A stretch of 64,000 bases of DNA from an uncultured Methylomirabilota bacterium. GTDB taxonomy: Bacteria > Methylomirabilota > Methylomirabilia > Methylomirabilales > 2-02-FULL-66-22. Location of the stretch: positions 2,400,001-2,464,000 of the forward strand of contig OY970067.1 of the NCBI GenBank assembly GCA_963705305.1, given 5' to 3'. Under the pieces are notes generated by a model. It was not told the origin of the DNA, did no database searches, and was given only the letters and a program-made list of their open reading frames with translations. The position numbers were made by a program, and so were the translations under genes. Below are positions 53,871 to 64,000 of the stretch, piece by piece (position 1 is the first letter of the stretch; each line of letters starts with the position of its first letter).

Positions 53871-54380
53871 CGGGCCACCCACGGTCTGGTGACGGAGGTT
53901 CGGGCTTTCCGTCGAGAGATTTCCTTGCGTCCGGCATCGGAGAGCTGCGTCGGCGGGGCGACACGATGCGATGAGCGCGCCCCCTACGCTCCACAGGCCG
54001 GCTCTCCTTCACGTCTCGCCCCTCGGAGGCGGCTGCCCAGGGGGGCCGGCCAGATTCGCCGATCGGAACAATTCAGGACAATTCGGGACAATCGGCTTGA
54101 CGGTTGGGGCGGGCCTGTGGCTAAAATGTCCTACAAGCAGGACCCGACCCGAGATCCATCCGGGGGCCAGGCGGTAGTTTCTGCCTGTCCGGTCCGGCGT
54201 ACCGTTCCGTCTGCGGGGATCCGACGGCCCCGACAGGGGCCTTTGGGCCGGCGAGGGCAGGCGACGCTCCCGGTCGTCCCGCGGAGGGGGTCGTAGTCGA
54301 CGAATCACTCCCACCAGAGGTGCCATCTCCCGCTAATCTGCCGGCTGGAGTTTCCCGCCGGCTCCAACGAAAGGGGAGCG

Positions 54381-56915
54381 ATGATGCCACTGACATTGGG
54401 ACCGCGGCGTGGGGTTTCCTTGAATGTCACCGAGACACAGGGGGGCGGGGAGGACCTCCTGCGGCCCGGTGAGCTGGAGAACTTCGAAAAGCTGGATCTC
54501 ATCTACCGTTCCCTCTGCGCCCTCTGCTACAACTTCGTGCCCCTGTCCGGGCATCCCGGCGGCTCGATCTCGGCCGGCCGCATCATGGCGGCGCTCCTGT
54601 TCAACACCATGGACTACGATCTGTCGAGCCCGGACCGGGAGGATGCGGACATCATCTCGTTCGCAGCCGGGCACAAGGCCATGGGGCTGTATTCGCTGTG
54701 GGCGATTCGGGATGAGATTGCCCGGCTGGGGGCGGCGCACCTGCTCCCGCGGGAGGCCAAATTCCGGCTGCGGCTGGAAGATCTGTTGGGGTTCCGGCGG
54801 AATCCCATCACCAAAACGCCGCTGTTCCGAAAGTTCGGGGCCAAGGCGCTGGACGGCCACCCCACCCCGGCGACGCCGTTCATCCGGCTGTCCACCGGGG
54901 CCTCGGGTGTGGGGGTGGCCAGCTCGCTCGGGCTGGCATTCGGCGCCCGGGACTACTTCGGAGAGGCCGCCCCGCGCGTGCACATAGTCGAAGGCGAAGG
55001 GGGGCTGACGCCCGGGCGGGCGGCGGAGGCTCTGGCTGCCGCCGGCACCGCGTCCCTGGGAAATGCCATCATGCACCTGGACTGGAACCAGGCCTCCATC
55101 GACTCCAACCGGGTCTGCCCCGAGGACGGGAAGCCGGGCGACTACGTGCAGTGGACGCCGATGGAGCTGTTTCAGCTGCACGACTGGAACGTGATCTACG
55201 TTCCGGACGGGAAGGACCTTCGCCAGGTCCTGGCCGCCCAGCGGGCCGCCCTGGGAATGCGGAACGGGCAGCCCACCGCCGTCGTCTACCGGACCGTCAA
55301 GGGCTGGCAGTACGGGATGGAGGGCCGAGCCTCGCACGGGGCCGGCCACAAGCTCTGCTCCGACGGGTTCTGCCAGGCACTGGCGGGGCTGACCGGGGAA
55401 GCAGGCATCATGATTCCCACCTGCGAGGCCGGCAAGCAGCGATGCCAGGCGCCCGGTGTGGATACGCCGGCCATCATGGAAGAGTGCCTGTGGGAGTCCC
55501 TCCAGCTCGTCCGCAAGGTCATCGAGGACAGCCGGCCGATGGTGGACGGCCTGGCGGCCCGGCTGGTCGCGGCCCGCGACCGGCTCGACACCCTGCACCG
55601 GCAGCCGCGGCCCGGGGCGCCGCGCGTGGAGGCCGTGTTCGAGCTGGCCTCGCAGGATACGCGGACGCCCGAACCGCTCCAGCTGACTCCCGGGACGGTC
55701 ACGACGCTGCGGGCCGAGCTGGGCCGCGCCCTCCAGCACTACAACAAGGTCTCCGGAGGCGGAGTCCTTGCCGGATCGGCCGATCTCCTCGGCTCGACCA
55801 GCCTGAGCGTGGCGGGGACGGGCTTCCCGGCGGGCTACTGGAACGCGAGCACCAACCCGGAAGCCCGCCTCCTGTCGGTCGGCGGGATCTGCGAGGATGC
55901 CATGGCCGGGATTCTGTCCGGCCTGACCACATTCGGGCACCACGTCGGAGTCGGCTCGTCCTACGGGGCCTTCATCGCGCCGCTGAGCCATATCGCCAGC
56001 CGCCTGCATGCCATCGGGGCGCAGGCGCGGCACGCCCTCACCGGCCAGCCCTACCGGCCCATGATCATCGTCTGCGCGCATGCCGGCCTGAAAACCGGCG
56101 AAGATGGCCCCACCCATGCCGACCCGCAGCCCCTGCAGGTCCTCCAGGAAAACTTCCCGCAGGGAACGCTGATCAGCCTCACCCCCTGGGATCCCCGGGA
56201 GATCTGGCCGCTCCTGGCCGCCGCGCTGAGAAAGCGGCCCGCGGTCATCGTCCCCTTCGTGACGCGCCCCAACGAGACGGTGCTCGACCGGGCCGCGCTA
56301 GGGCTGGCGCCCGTGGAGGACGCCGTCCAGGGTGCGTACCTGCTGCGCAAGCCGCGGGGCGAGGGCCGGGGGACCATCGTCCTCCAGGAGAGCGCCGCGA
56401 CCTATGCCTTCGTGGAAGATGCCCTGCCGCTTATCGAAAAAGATGGGCTGGATCCGTGGGTCTACTACGTGTCCAGCGCGGAATTGTTCGATCTGCTCCC
56501 CGTGGTGCGGCAGCGCCAGATCTTCCCGGCGGAGCGGGCGCTGGAAGCCATGGGTGTCACCGGATTCACCCTGCCGACAATGTTCCGGTGGGTGCTGTCG
56601 GACCTCGGTCGCTCCATGACGCTGCATCCCTTCAGGAAGGGCCATTTCCTCGGCAGCGGGCAGGGGGAGGTGGTCCTGGCCGAGGCGGGTCTCGACGGCC
56701 GGAGCCAGTACCGCGCCGTCAAGAGCTACCTGGATGCCCTGGCGCGGCAGGAACGGGTTGTGAGGCCAAAGGTGGGCAGCGCGGCCAAGGCGGCCGGTAA
56801 GGCTGCACCCAAAGCCCGGGCGAAGGCCAAGGCCAAGGCGAAAGTCGCCTCCAAGGTCAGGACGGCCAAAACGACGCCCAAGCCGAAGGCCAAGGCCCGG
56901 GGGCGCCGGCGGTAG
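54381..56915 (+). CDS. Transketolase-like ThDP enzyme with Lys/Ala-rich C-terminal tail
   Basis: SGHPGGS, AGHK, LDGHP, GSADL, GICED, TGEDGPTH. Confidence 0.88.
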   Translation: MMPLTLGPRRGVSLNVTETQGGGEDLLRPGELENFEKLDLIYRSLCALCYNFVPLSGHPGGSISAGRIMAALLFNTMDYDLSSPDREDADIISFAAGHKAMGLYSLWAIRDEIARLGAAHLLPREAKFRLRLEDLLGFRRNPITKTPLFRKFGAKALDGHPTPATPFIRLSTGASGVGVASSLGLAFGARDYFGEAAPRVHIVEGEGGLTPGRAAEALAAAGTASLGNAIMHLDWNQASIDSNRVCPEDGKPGDYVQWTPMELFQLHDWNVIYVPDGKDLRQVLAAQRAALGMRNGQPTAVVYRTVKGWQYGMEGRASHGAGHKLCSDGFCQALAGLTGEAGIMIPTCEAGKQRCQAPGVDTPAIMEECLWESLQLVRKVIEDSRPMVDGLAARLVAARDRLDTLHRQPRPGAPRVEAVFELASQDTRTPEPLQLTPGTVTTLRAELGRALQHYNKVSGGGVLAGSADLLGSTSLSVAGTGFPAGYWNASTNPEARLLSVGGICEDAMAGILSGLTTFGHHVGVGSSYGAFIAPLSHIASRLHAIGAQARHALTGQPYRPMIIVCAHAGLKTGEDGPTHADPQPLQVLQENFPQGTLISLTPWDPREIWPLLAAALRKRPAVIVPFVTRPNETVLDRAALGLAPVEDAVQGAYLLRKPRGEGRGTIVLQESAATYAFVEDALPLIEKDGLDPWVYYVSSAELFDLLPVVRQRQIFPAERALEAMGVTGFTLPTMFRWVLSDLGRSMTLHPFRKGHFLGSGQGEVVLAEAGLDGRSQYRAVKSYLDALARQERVVRPKVGSAAKAAGKAAPKARAKAKAKAKVASKVRTAKTTPKPKAKARGRRR

Positions 56916-56953
56916 GAACGGCCCTGGGACCGGCGCAGCGCGCCACACGTCCG

Positions 56954-56991
56954 CGGGCGGGAGGACTCTCGAGGCCTCCCGCCCGTTTTTT
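56954..56991 (+). terminator. Rho-independent terminator
   Basis: CGGGCGGGAGG / CCTCCCGCCCG stem followed by TTTTTT. Confidence 0.85.
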
Positions 56992-57124
56992 CGATGGCAG
57001 TTTGATCCGAGCCGTCCCAGGGTCCGGCGCTTTTGTGTATTGCGGCCTCTTCCATCTGATCTATAATCAAAAATCTTCGGCGGACAGGCCGGGCGCGCCC
57101 GCCGCAGGGGGCAATGTCGCGACT

Positions 57125-59371
57125 ATGCTCACGGATCCCATTCTCGACGATCTGAATCCGCCCCAGCAGGAGGCGGTGCTGCACGGCGACGGGCCGCTTT
57201 TGATCCTGGCCGGCGCCGGCTCGGGGAAGACCCGCGTCATCACGCGCCGCATCGCCTATCTGATCGCCCGGCGGGGCATCCAGCCCTGGCAGATCTTGGC
57301 CGTGACCTTCACCAACAAGGCGGCGGAGGAGATGCGCAAGCGCGTGGGGCAGCTCTTGGGGGTGCGCGGCCTCAACGTCTCCCTGGGGACGTTTCACTCC
57401 ACCTGCGTCAAGATCCTCCGCAAGTACCACCGCGAGCTGGGGCTCCGCAGCAGCTTCGTGATCTACGACGAGGCGGACCAGCTCGGCCTGGTGAAGGATT
57501 GTTTGAAGGCGCTGGATCTCAGCGAGCGGGTGATGAACCCGCGGGGAGTGGCGGCGCGGATCAGCCGGGCCAAGAACGAGCTGCTCACCCCGGGGGAGTA
57601 TGCCGCGGTGGCGAACGACTTCACGGAGGAGCGGACGGCCAAGCTCTACAGCCTCTACCAGGATCGACTGCGCGCCTGCCAGGCTGTCGATTTCGACGAT
57701 CTGCTGATGCTCACCGTGCTCCTCTTCCGCGACGTACCGCACGCGCTGGAGTACTACCAGAACCTCTGGCGGTACGTGATGGTGGACGAGTACCAGGACA
57801 CCAACCACGCGCAGTACCAGATCGTCAACTTCCTCACGCGGCGGCACGGGAACCTCGCCGTGGTCGGCGACGATGACCAGTCCATCTACCGGTGGCGAGG
57901 GGCCGACCTCAACAACATCCTGGACTTCGAGCGGGACCACCCGGGCTGCGCGGTCATCAAGCTGGAGCAGAACTACCGCTCCACCCAGACGGTTTTGGAC
58001 GCCGCCGGCGGGGTGGTGGCCCACAATGTGGGGCGCAAGGGAAAGACCCTCTGGACCGAGAATGCCGAAGGCGATCCGGTCGTCCTCTACCAGGCGCGGG
58101 ACGAGCAGGCCGAAGCGGACTTCGTGGTTCGCACCATCCGGCAGCTGTCCGCCGAGCATGGCTATTCGCTGAACGACTTTGCCGTGTTCTACCGGACGAA
58201 CGCCCAGTCCCGGGTCCTGGAGGATGCCTTGCGGCGCGACGTGACCCCCTACGCGATCGTCGGCGGGCTCCGATTCTACGAGCGGAAAGAGATCAAGGAC
58301 ATCTTGGCCTACCTGCGCCTGGTGGCCAACCCGGATGACGCCCAGAGCTTCAAGCGCATCGTCAACGTTCCGCCGCGGGGGATCGGCCAGGCCACGCTGG
58401 ATAAGCTGGAGGGGCTGGCGGTCGGCGAGCGGGTCTCCCTGTGGGAGGCCTGCCGGCGGATCGGCGAACGCAAAATCCTGGGCCCCAAAGTCCTCAAGGC
58501 GCTGGGGGAGCTGATTGCGCTGATCGAGCGGCTGCGGGCCCGGATGGAAGTGGTGGCGGTCCCGGAGCTGATCCTGGAGATCCTTGAGGCCACGGGATAC
58601 GTGGCCGACCTGAGAAACGAGGGGACGATCGAGGCCGAGTCCCGCCTCGAGAACCTGGAGGAGTTGGTCTCGGCCGCGCGGGAGTTCATGGAGCGGAGCG
58701 AAGACCAGAGCCTGCAGGCCTTCCTGGACAGCGTGGCGCTGATTGCCGACATCGACCTGCTGGGGGAAGGCACGGGCACGGTCACCCTCATGACGCTGCA
58801 CTCGGCCAAGGGGCTGGAGTTTCCGGTGGTCTTCATGACCGGGATGGAGGAGGGGGTCTTCCCCCACGCCCGCTCACTGATCGAAGAGGACGAGCTGGAG
58901 GAAGAGCGGCGGCTCTGCTACGTCGGGATGACCCGGGCCAAGGAGCGGCTGTTCGTCTCGGCGGCCCTTTCCCGGCGGATGTACAACAGCGACAACTACA
59001 ACCTCCCCTCCCGCTTCCTGGACGAGTTGCCCGCCCGTCTGGTCGAGCAGATGAACGGCCTGGGCCTCCGGGGACAATCGGGCTCCCCCCGCATCGCGGC
59101 CTCCGCCTCGACCCGGGAGCGGCAGGAGGGATGGAGCGGAGAGGCTGCCGGCCGGGGTGCCCCGGGGTGGCCGCACGCCGAGAAGGACGAGGCGGAAGAG
59201 CCCTTCGTGGACCACCTTGCCGTCGGGATGCGGGTGCGCCACCCGGAATGGGGGGTCGGGACGATTCGCGAGCGGATCGGCGAGGGGGCGGACCTGAAGG
59301 TGGTCGTGACGTTTGCGGGGGTCGGGCGGAAGAAGCTGGCGGCGCACCAGGCGCAGCTCGAGCAATTGTAA
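57125..59371 (+). CDS. pcrA: ATP-dependent DNA helicase PcrA/UvrD
   Basis: AGAGSGKT, VDEYQD, VGDDDQSIY, LEQNYRS, TLHSAKGLEF, C-terminal Tudor-like domain. Confidence 0.96.
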   Translation: MLTDPILDDLNPPQQEAVLHGDGPLLILAGAGSGKTRVITRRIAYLIARRGIQPWQILAVTFTNKAAEEMRKRVGQLLGVRGLNVSLGTFHSTCVKILRKYHRELGLRSSFVIYDEADQLGLVKDCLKALDLSERVMNPRGVAARISRAKNELLTPGEYAAVANDFTEERTAKLYSLYQDRLRACQAVDFDDLLMLTVLLFRDVPHALEYYQNLWRYVMVDEYQDTNHAQYQIVNFLTRRHGNLAVVGDDDQSIYRWRGADLNNILDFERDHPGCAVIKLEQNYRSTQTVLDAAGGVVAHNVGRKGKTLWTENAEGDPVVLYQARDEQAEADFVVRTIRQLSAEHGYSLNDFAVFYRTNAQSRVLEDALRRDVTPYAIVGGLRFYERKEIKDILAYLRLVANPDDAQSFKRIVNVPPRGIGQATLDKLEGLAVGERVSLWEACRRIGERKILGPKVLKALGELIALIERLRARMEVVAVPELILEILEATGYVADLRNEGTIEAESRLENLEELVSAAREFMERSEDQSLQAFLDSVALIADIDLLGEGTGTVTLMTLHSAKGLEFPVVFMTGMEEGVFPHARSLIEEDELEEERRLCYVGMTRAKERLFVSAALSRRMYNSDNYNLPSRFLDELPARLVEQMNGLGLRGQSGSPRIAASASTRERQEGWSGEAAGRGAPGWPHAEKDEAEEPFVDHLAVGMRVRHPEWGVGTIRERIGEGADLKVVVTFAGVGRKKLAAHQAQLEQL

Positions 59372-59424
59372 GCGGGGGGTGGCGGACCGCATTCGTCTGG
59401 GCGATCGGAGGTAGGGAGGCTGAA

Positions 59425-59718
59425 GTGGCCAAGATCACGCGGGCGGAAGTCGAGCAGGTGGCGCGGCTGGCGCGCCTGGAGTTGACGGAGGAGGAGAAGG
59501 GACGGATAACGGCGGAGCTGGACGCCATCCTGGGCTACATGGAGACGCTGAATGCCCTGGACACCACCGGCGTGGCGCCGACGACGACCGTGATCCCCAT
59601 GACCAGCGTGATGCGCGAGGACGAGGTGCGGCCGGGACTCAGCCAGGAGCAGGCCCTGGCCAACGCGCCGGACCGGCAGGACATCTTCTTCCGCGTGCCG
59701 CGGATCATCGAGGACTGA
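59425..59718 (+). CDS. gatC: Asp/Glu-tRNA amidotransferase subunit C
   Basis: [22 protein letters not shown]. Confidence 0.95.
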   Translation: MAKITRAEVEQVARLARLELTEEEKGRITAELDAILGYMETLNALDTTGVAPTTTVIPMTSVMREDEVRPGLSQEQALANAPDRQDIFFRVPRIIED

Positions 59719-59743
59719 GCGGCACAGCAACGGAGACGGCGGC

Positions 59744-61204
59744 GTGGACCTCTATCGGCTGACCATTCACGAGACGCGGGACCTCATCCGGAAGGGCGAG
59801 ATCTCGCCGGCGGAGGTGGTGCGGAGCTACCTGGCGCGGATCGAGGCGCTGGAGGGCCGCATCCAGGCCTATAACACCCTGACCGGCGAGAGCGCGCTGA
59901 AGGCCGCCGAACGGCTCGGCAAGCGGCGGACGGCCGGCGAGCCTCTCCCTTCCCTGGCGGGGATCCCGCTGGCGATCAAGGATGTCATTTGCACCCGGGA
60001 TGTTCCCACCACCTGCTCGTCCAGGATCCTGGCCAATTTCATCCCGCCCTACAGTGCCACGGTGATCAACCGGCTGGACCGGGCGGGTGCGCTCACACTC
60101 GGGAAGACCAACATGGACGAGTTCGCCATGGGGTCCTCCACCGAGAACTCGGCCTTCAAGGCGACGCGCAATCCCTGGAACCTGGACTGCGTGCCCGGCG
60201 GCTCCAGCGGGGGCTCGGCCGCCGCCGTAAGTGCCGACCTGTGCGCGGGGGCGCTGGGAACCGACACAGGCGGCTCCATCCGCCAGCCGGGCGGTTTCTG
60301 CGGGATCGCAGCCCTGAAGCCGACCTACGGACGCGTGTCCCGGTACGGCCTGGTGGCCTACGCCTCCTCCCTCGACCAAATCGGTCCGCTGGGCAAGGAT
60401 GTGCGGGACGTTGCCATCCTGCTCGGCGCCATCGCCGGACACGACCCCCTCGACTCGACCTCTGCCGACGTGCCGGTGCCGGACTACGAAGCGGCGCTGA
60501 CCGGCGACATCCGCGGTCTGCGCATCGGGATTCCCGCCGAGTACTTCATCCCCGGGATGGACCCGCAGGTGGAGGTGGCGGTCTGGGAGGCGATCCAGGT
60601 CCTGGAGGGCCTGGGAGCTGTCCGGGTGCCCGTGACGCTTCCGCATACGCGGTATGCCATCGCCACCTACTACCTGGTGGCCACCGCCGAGGCCAGCTCC
60701 AACCTCGGACGGTATGACGGGGTGAAGTACGGCTACCGGACGCCGCGGTCGGAGCACCTCATCGACATGTACATGAAGACCCGGCGCGAGGGGTTCGGGG
60801 GCGAGGTGAAGCGGCGCATCATGCTGGGGACCTATGCGCTGAGCGCCGGCTATTACGACGCCTACTATCTGAAAGCGCTCAAGGTGCGGACGCTGATCCG
60901 CCTGGACTTTTCCCGCGCCTTCGAGCAGTGTGACGTGATCCTGACCCCCACCTCGCCGACGGCGGCGTTCCGCCTGGGGGAGAAGACCGACGACCCGCTG
61001 CAAATGTACCTGGCGGATGTCTTCACGATCTCGGTGAATCTGGCCGGGGCGCCGGGGATGAGCGTGAACTGCGGCTTCACGCAGGGGGGGCTCCCCATCG
61101 GCCTCCAGCTGATCGGGAAACCGTTCGGCGAGGAGGCGGTCCTGCGGATCGCACACGCCTACGAACAGGCGACGCCGTGGAGGGCACGGCGGCCCGACAT
61201 GTAG
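59744..61204 (+). CDS. gatA: Asp/Glu-tRNA amidotransferase subunit A
   Basis: [39 protein letters not shown]. Confidence 0.97.
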   Translation: MDLYRLTIHETRDLIRKGEISPAEVVRSYLARIEALEGRIQAYNTLTGESALKAAERLGKRRTAGEPLPSLAGIPLAIKDVICTRDVPTTCSSRILANFIPPYSATVINRLDRAGALTLGKTNMDEFAMGSSTENSAFKATRNPWNLDCVPGGSSGGSAAAVSADLCAGALGTDTGGSIRQPGGFCGIAALKPTYGRVSRYGLVAYASSLDQIGPLGKDVRDVAILLGAIAGHDPLDSTSADVPVPDYEAALTGDIRGLRIGIPAEYFIPGMDPQVEVAVWEAIQVLEGLGAVRVPVTLPHTRYAIATYYLVATAEASSNLGRYDGVKYGYRTPRSEHLIDMYMKTRREGFGGEVKRRIMLGTYALSAGYYDAYYLKALKVRTLIRLDFSRAFEQCDVILTPTSPTAAFRLGEKTDDPLQMYLADVFTISVNLAGAPGMSVNCGFTQGGLPIGLQLIGKPFGEEAVLRIAHAYEQATPWRARRPDM

Positions 61205-61220
61205 GAAAGGGTGGACGGCC

Positions 61221-61595
61221 ATGCGAAGAGCGGATGGGCTCCGGCTGTACCCGGCGGTTCTAGTCTGTCTGATCCTGGCGGTGCTGGCGGGGTCGGCGGG
61301 CCGAGGGGAAGCGGCCACGAAGAAGGGGGGCGACCTGGTTGTTCTGGATCACGAGCGGTGGCTGGACACGCTGAAGGGGACCCTCAAGAACTTCGGCCCG
61401 ACTCCGGCCCGCGACGTCACCGTGGTCGTCAAGTTTTTCGACAAGAAGAAGAACGCGCTCGGCAGCCAGCGAGTGAGCCTGGGCGACCTGGCGTCGGGCG
61501 AGCAGCGCTCGTGGAGTCTGGCCATCGTGGAACGAAACCGACCCGCCACCCGGTACGAGTTCACCGTGTACGCGATCCGGGGGGGCAAGAAGTGA
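61221..61595 (+). CDS. Exported FxLYD-domain-like hypothetical protein
   Basis: Signal peptide, [26 protein letters not shown]. Confidence 0.7.
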   Translation: MRRADGLRLYPAVLVCLILAVLAGSAGRGEAATKKGGDLVVLDHERWLDTLKGTLKNFGPTPARDVTVVVKFFDKKKNALGSQRVSLGDLASGEQRSWSLAIVERNRPATRYEFTVYAIRGGKK

Positions 61596-61626
61596 GGATT
61601 CGGCGCGATCCTGCCGGGGAGTGAGC

Positions 61627-63066
61627 ATGCCGGAATTCGAAGCCGTTATCGGACTGGAAGTCCACGCGGAGCTGCTGACCAGCTCCAAGATGTTCTGCGG
61701 CTGCAGCACCACGTTCGGGGCGCCGCCGAACACGCAGACCTGCCCCGTCTGCCTGGGAATGCCGGGCGTGCTGCCGGTCATCAACCGGCGGGGGGTGGAA
61801 TTCGCGATCCGAACGGCGCTGGCGCTGCACTGCCAGATCGCGCCCATGTCCCGCTTCGCCCGCAAGAACTACTACTACCCGGACCTGCCCAAGGCCTATC
61901 AGATCTCGCAGTACGAGCTGCCCCTGTCGGAGCTGGGCCACATCACCGTTGCGCTGAACGGCGAGACGAAGCGGGTGGGCATCCGCCGCGTGCACCTCGA
62001 AGAGGACACCGGCAAGCTGGTCCATGCCGGCCTCATGGAGGAGGCGGAGAGCAGCCTGGTGGATTTCAACCGCTGCGGCGTCCCCCTCATGGAGATCGTG
62101 AGCGAGCCGGACATCCGCACGCCCGAGGAGGCGGCAGAGTATCTGCGGCAGCTCCGCGCCATCCTGGTCTACCTGGGGGTGTGCGACGGCAACATGGAGG
62201 AGGGGAGCTTTCGCTGCGATGCCAACGTGTCGGTGCGCCCCCGGGGCGCCGCGGAGTTCGGGACGAAGGTCGAGGTCAAGAACATGAACTCCTTCCGGAA
62301 CGTCCAGCGGGCGCTGGAGTACGAGATCCGGCGCCAGGCGAGGGCGCTCGGGGACGGTGAGGCGCTGGTGCAGGAGACGCGGCTCTGGAACGCCGACCAG
62401 GGGATCACCCTCTCGATGCGCAGCAAGGAGTACGCCCACGACTACCGGTACTTCCCCGACCCGGACCTGGTGCCCTTGGTGGTGGAGCCGGTGTGGGTGG
62501 ACGCGATCCGGGCCGCCCTGCCCGAGCTCCCCGAGGCCAAGCGGCAGCGCTTCGTGGCGGAGTACGGCATCCCGGAATACGATGCGGGCGTCCTCACGGG
62601 GAGCCCGGCCCTGGCGGCCTACTACGAGGCCTGCGTGGCGGTCCACCGGGACGCCAAGACCGTCAGCAACTGGGTCATGGTCGAGCTGCTGGGCCGCCTG
62701 AACAAGGACGGCAAGGACATCGCGCAGAGCCCCATCCCGCCCGAGCGGCTGGGGGCCATGCTGGACCTGCTGGCCCGGGGGATGATCAGCGGCAAGATGG
62801 CCAAGGAGTTCTTCGACGAGATGTACGCGGGCGGCGCCGACCCGGCCGAAATCCTGAAGAAGAAGGGGGGCCAGATCACCGACACCGCGCAGCTGGAGGC
62901 GGTCATCGCGGAGATCGTCGCCGGACATCCCGGACCGGTGGCCGAGTACCGCTCGGGCAAAGAAGGCGCCTTCAACTTCTTCGTCGGCCAGGTGATGCGC
63001 GCCACCAAGGGGAAGGCCAACCCGCGGATGGTCAGCGAGTTGCTGAAGAAGCAGCTGCAAGGGTGA
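61627..63066 (+). CDS. gatB: Asp/Glu-tRNA amidotransferase subunit B
   Basis: [42 protein letters not shown]. Confidence 0.97.
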   Translation: MPEFEAVIGLEVHAELLTSSKMFCGCSTTFGAPPNTQTCPVCLGMPGVLPVINRRGVEFAIRTALALHCQIAPMSRFARKNYYYPDLPKAYQISQYELPLSELGHITVALNGETKRVGIRRVHLEEDTGKLVHAGLMEEAESSLVDFNRCGVPLMEIVSEPDIRTPEEAAEYLRQLRAILVYLGVCDGNMEEGSFRCDANVSVRPRGAAEFGTKVEVKNMNSFRNVQRALEYEIRRQARALGDGEALVQETRLWNADQGITLSMRSKEYAHDYRYFPDPDLVPLVVEPVWVDAIRAALPELPEAKRQRFVAEYGIPEYDAGVLTGSPALAAYYEACVAVHRDAKTVSNWVMVELLGRLNKDGKDIAQSPIPPERLGAMLDLLARGMISGKMAKEFFDEMYAGGADPAEILKKKGGQITDTAQLEAVIAEIVAGHPGPVAEYRSGKEGAFNFFVGQVMRATKGKANPRMVSELLKKQLQG

Positions 63067-63247
63067 GCCTGCCGGCCCGCGCGGGGGGGTGATCCGCGGT
63101 CCGCCCGCGACGGCGCGAGACGCAGTCCTGCCGCTCCTGGTCGGGCATGCCACGCTCCTCAAGCGCGTCGAATACGCACACAACCGAACAGAGTCTATCG
63201 AGCATCCATCGGGCGGTGCGGGGGAGCGGAAAAGGTAGTTATAGTTA

Positions 63248-64000
63248 ATGTTACAACGTCCCGTCGGTCGATTGGCGGAAGTGGCGGGGTTCTTTCTCAG
63301 GCTGGGCCTCATCGCCTTCGGCGGCCCCGCCGCCCATATCGCCCTGATGCACGACGAAACCGTCAAGCGGCGCCGCTGGCTCACCGACCAGGAGTTCCTC
63401 GATCTGGTGGGCGCCACCAATCTCATCCCCGGACCGAATTCCACCGAGATGGCGATCCACATCGGCTTCCGGCGCGCCGGATGGCGGGGGCTGATTCTGG
63501 GCGGCGCCTGCTTCATCCTCCCGGCCGTGCTGATCGTCCTGCTGCTGGCCTGGCTCTACGCGCGGGTCGGCGCGACGCCCCAGGCCGGATGGCTGCTGTA
63601 CGGCGTGAAGCCGGTGGTGATCGCCGTCATTGCGCAAGCCCTTTGGAAGCTGGGGCGCACGGCGGTCAAAGGCGCCCTCACCGGGGGCGCGGCCCTGGCG
63701 GTCCTCGCCCTGTCCTTCCTGGGGGTCAACGCAGTCGCCCTGCTGGTGGCCGGGGGGCTGGCGGTGATGCTGCTGGCGAAGCTCCGGCCCATTCAGCGGC
63801 GGGGGCTGGGGGCCGTGCTGCTTTCGATGGGAGGGGTGGGCGCGCTGTCGCAGGCCGCCGTGGCCTTCAGCCTCCCCGTCCTGTTCCTGACGTTTCTCAA
63901 GATCGGTTCGGTGCTGTACGGAAGCGGCTACGTCCTGCTGGCCTTCCTGCGGGCCGACCTGGTGGTCCGCCTCGGCTGGCTCACCGACCGGCAATTGCTC
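63248..64000 (+). CDS. chrA: Chromate efflux transporter (partial, runs off the window)
   Basis: FLRLGLIAFGGPAAHIA, LIPGPNSTEMAIH, FLKIGSVLYGSGY. Confidence 0.92.
   Translation, partial: MLQRPVGRLAEVAGFFLRLGLIAFGGPAAHIALMHDETVKRRRWLTDQEFLDLVGATNLIPGPNSTEMAIHIGFRRAGWRGLILGGACFILPAVLIVLLLAWLYARVGATPQAGWLLYGVKPVVIAVIAQALWKLGRTAVKGALTGGAALAVLALSFLGVNAVALLVAGGLAVMLLAKLRPIQRRGLGAVLLSMGGVGALSQAAVAFSLPVLFLTFLKIGSVLYGSGYVLLAFLRADLVVRLGWLTDRQLL

Noticed and set aside
54150..54300. ZTP riboswitch-like elements on the minus strand (GGGAGCG...CGCCTGG)
   Set aside because: The conserved 5' GACUGG segment is missing and the orientation is opposite to the downstream gene.
44792..63516. Long antisense or alternate-frame ORFs (e.g. 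44792-47008, 54333-56117, 56726-58867, 61561-63516)
   Set aside because: These are shadow ORFs typical of high-GC DNA, overlapping well-supported genes and lacking recognisable motifs.

Overview
High-GC bacterial chromosome window, probably from a long-read or metagenome assembly, since single-base frameshifts occur in folC, glmS and an amidohydrolase. A housekeeping block on the left (accD, folC, glmU, yvcK, glmS) is followed by an accessory region of about 29 kb starting just after glmS. That region holds IS remnants, two HigBA-type toxin-antitoxin pairs, an IS110, cstA and a nitroreductase, plus two apparent RiPP gene clusters. Cluster 1 (19.9-28.2 kb) has a Ser/Thr/Cys-rich precursor with a lasso-like leader, three radical SAM/SPASM enzymes (one fused to an HPr-kinase-like P-loop domain), a radical SAM/DUF512-like protein, PqqD/RRE, an S24/S26 peptidase and a nucleotidyltransferase. 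Cluster 2 (34.0-38.5 kb) has a 75-aa precursor ending CCNRYANWCPPGGADI, a radical SAM/SPASM enzyme and a B12-binding radical SAM gene split by a recent IS630 insertion. A ~23-bp motif (GGGACGTTGYRACATTAWYKAY-like) recurs at junctions between accessory genes. The right half encodes a peptide ABC transporter with an amidohydrolase, a polyamine operon (arginine decarboxylase, DHS-like enzyme, agmatinase), MscS, transketolase, pcrA, gatCAB and a chromate transporter. No rRNA, tRNA or CRISPR array was seen. All family assignments are by motif recognition, not database search.
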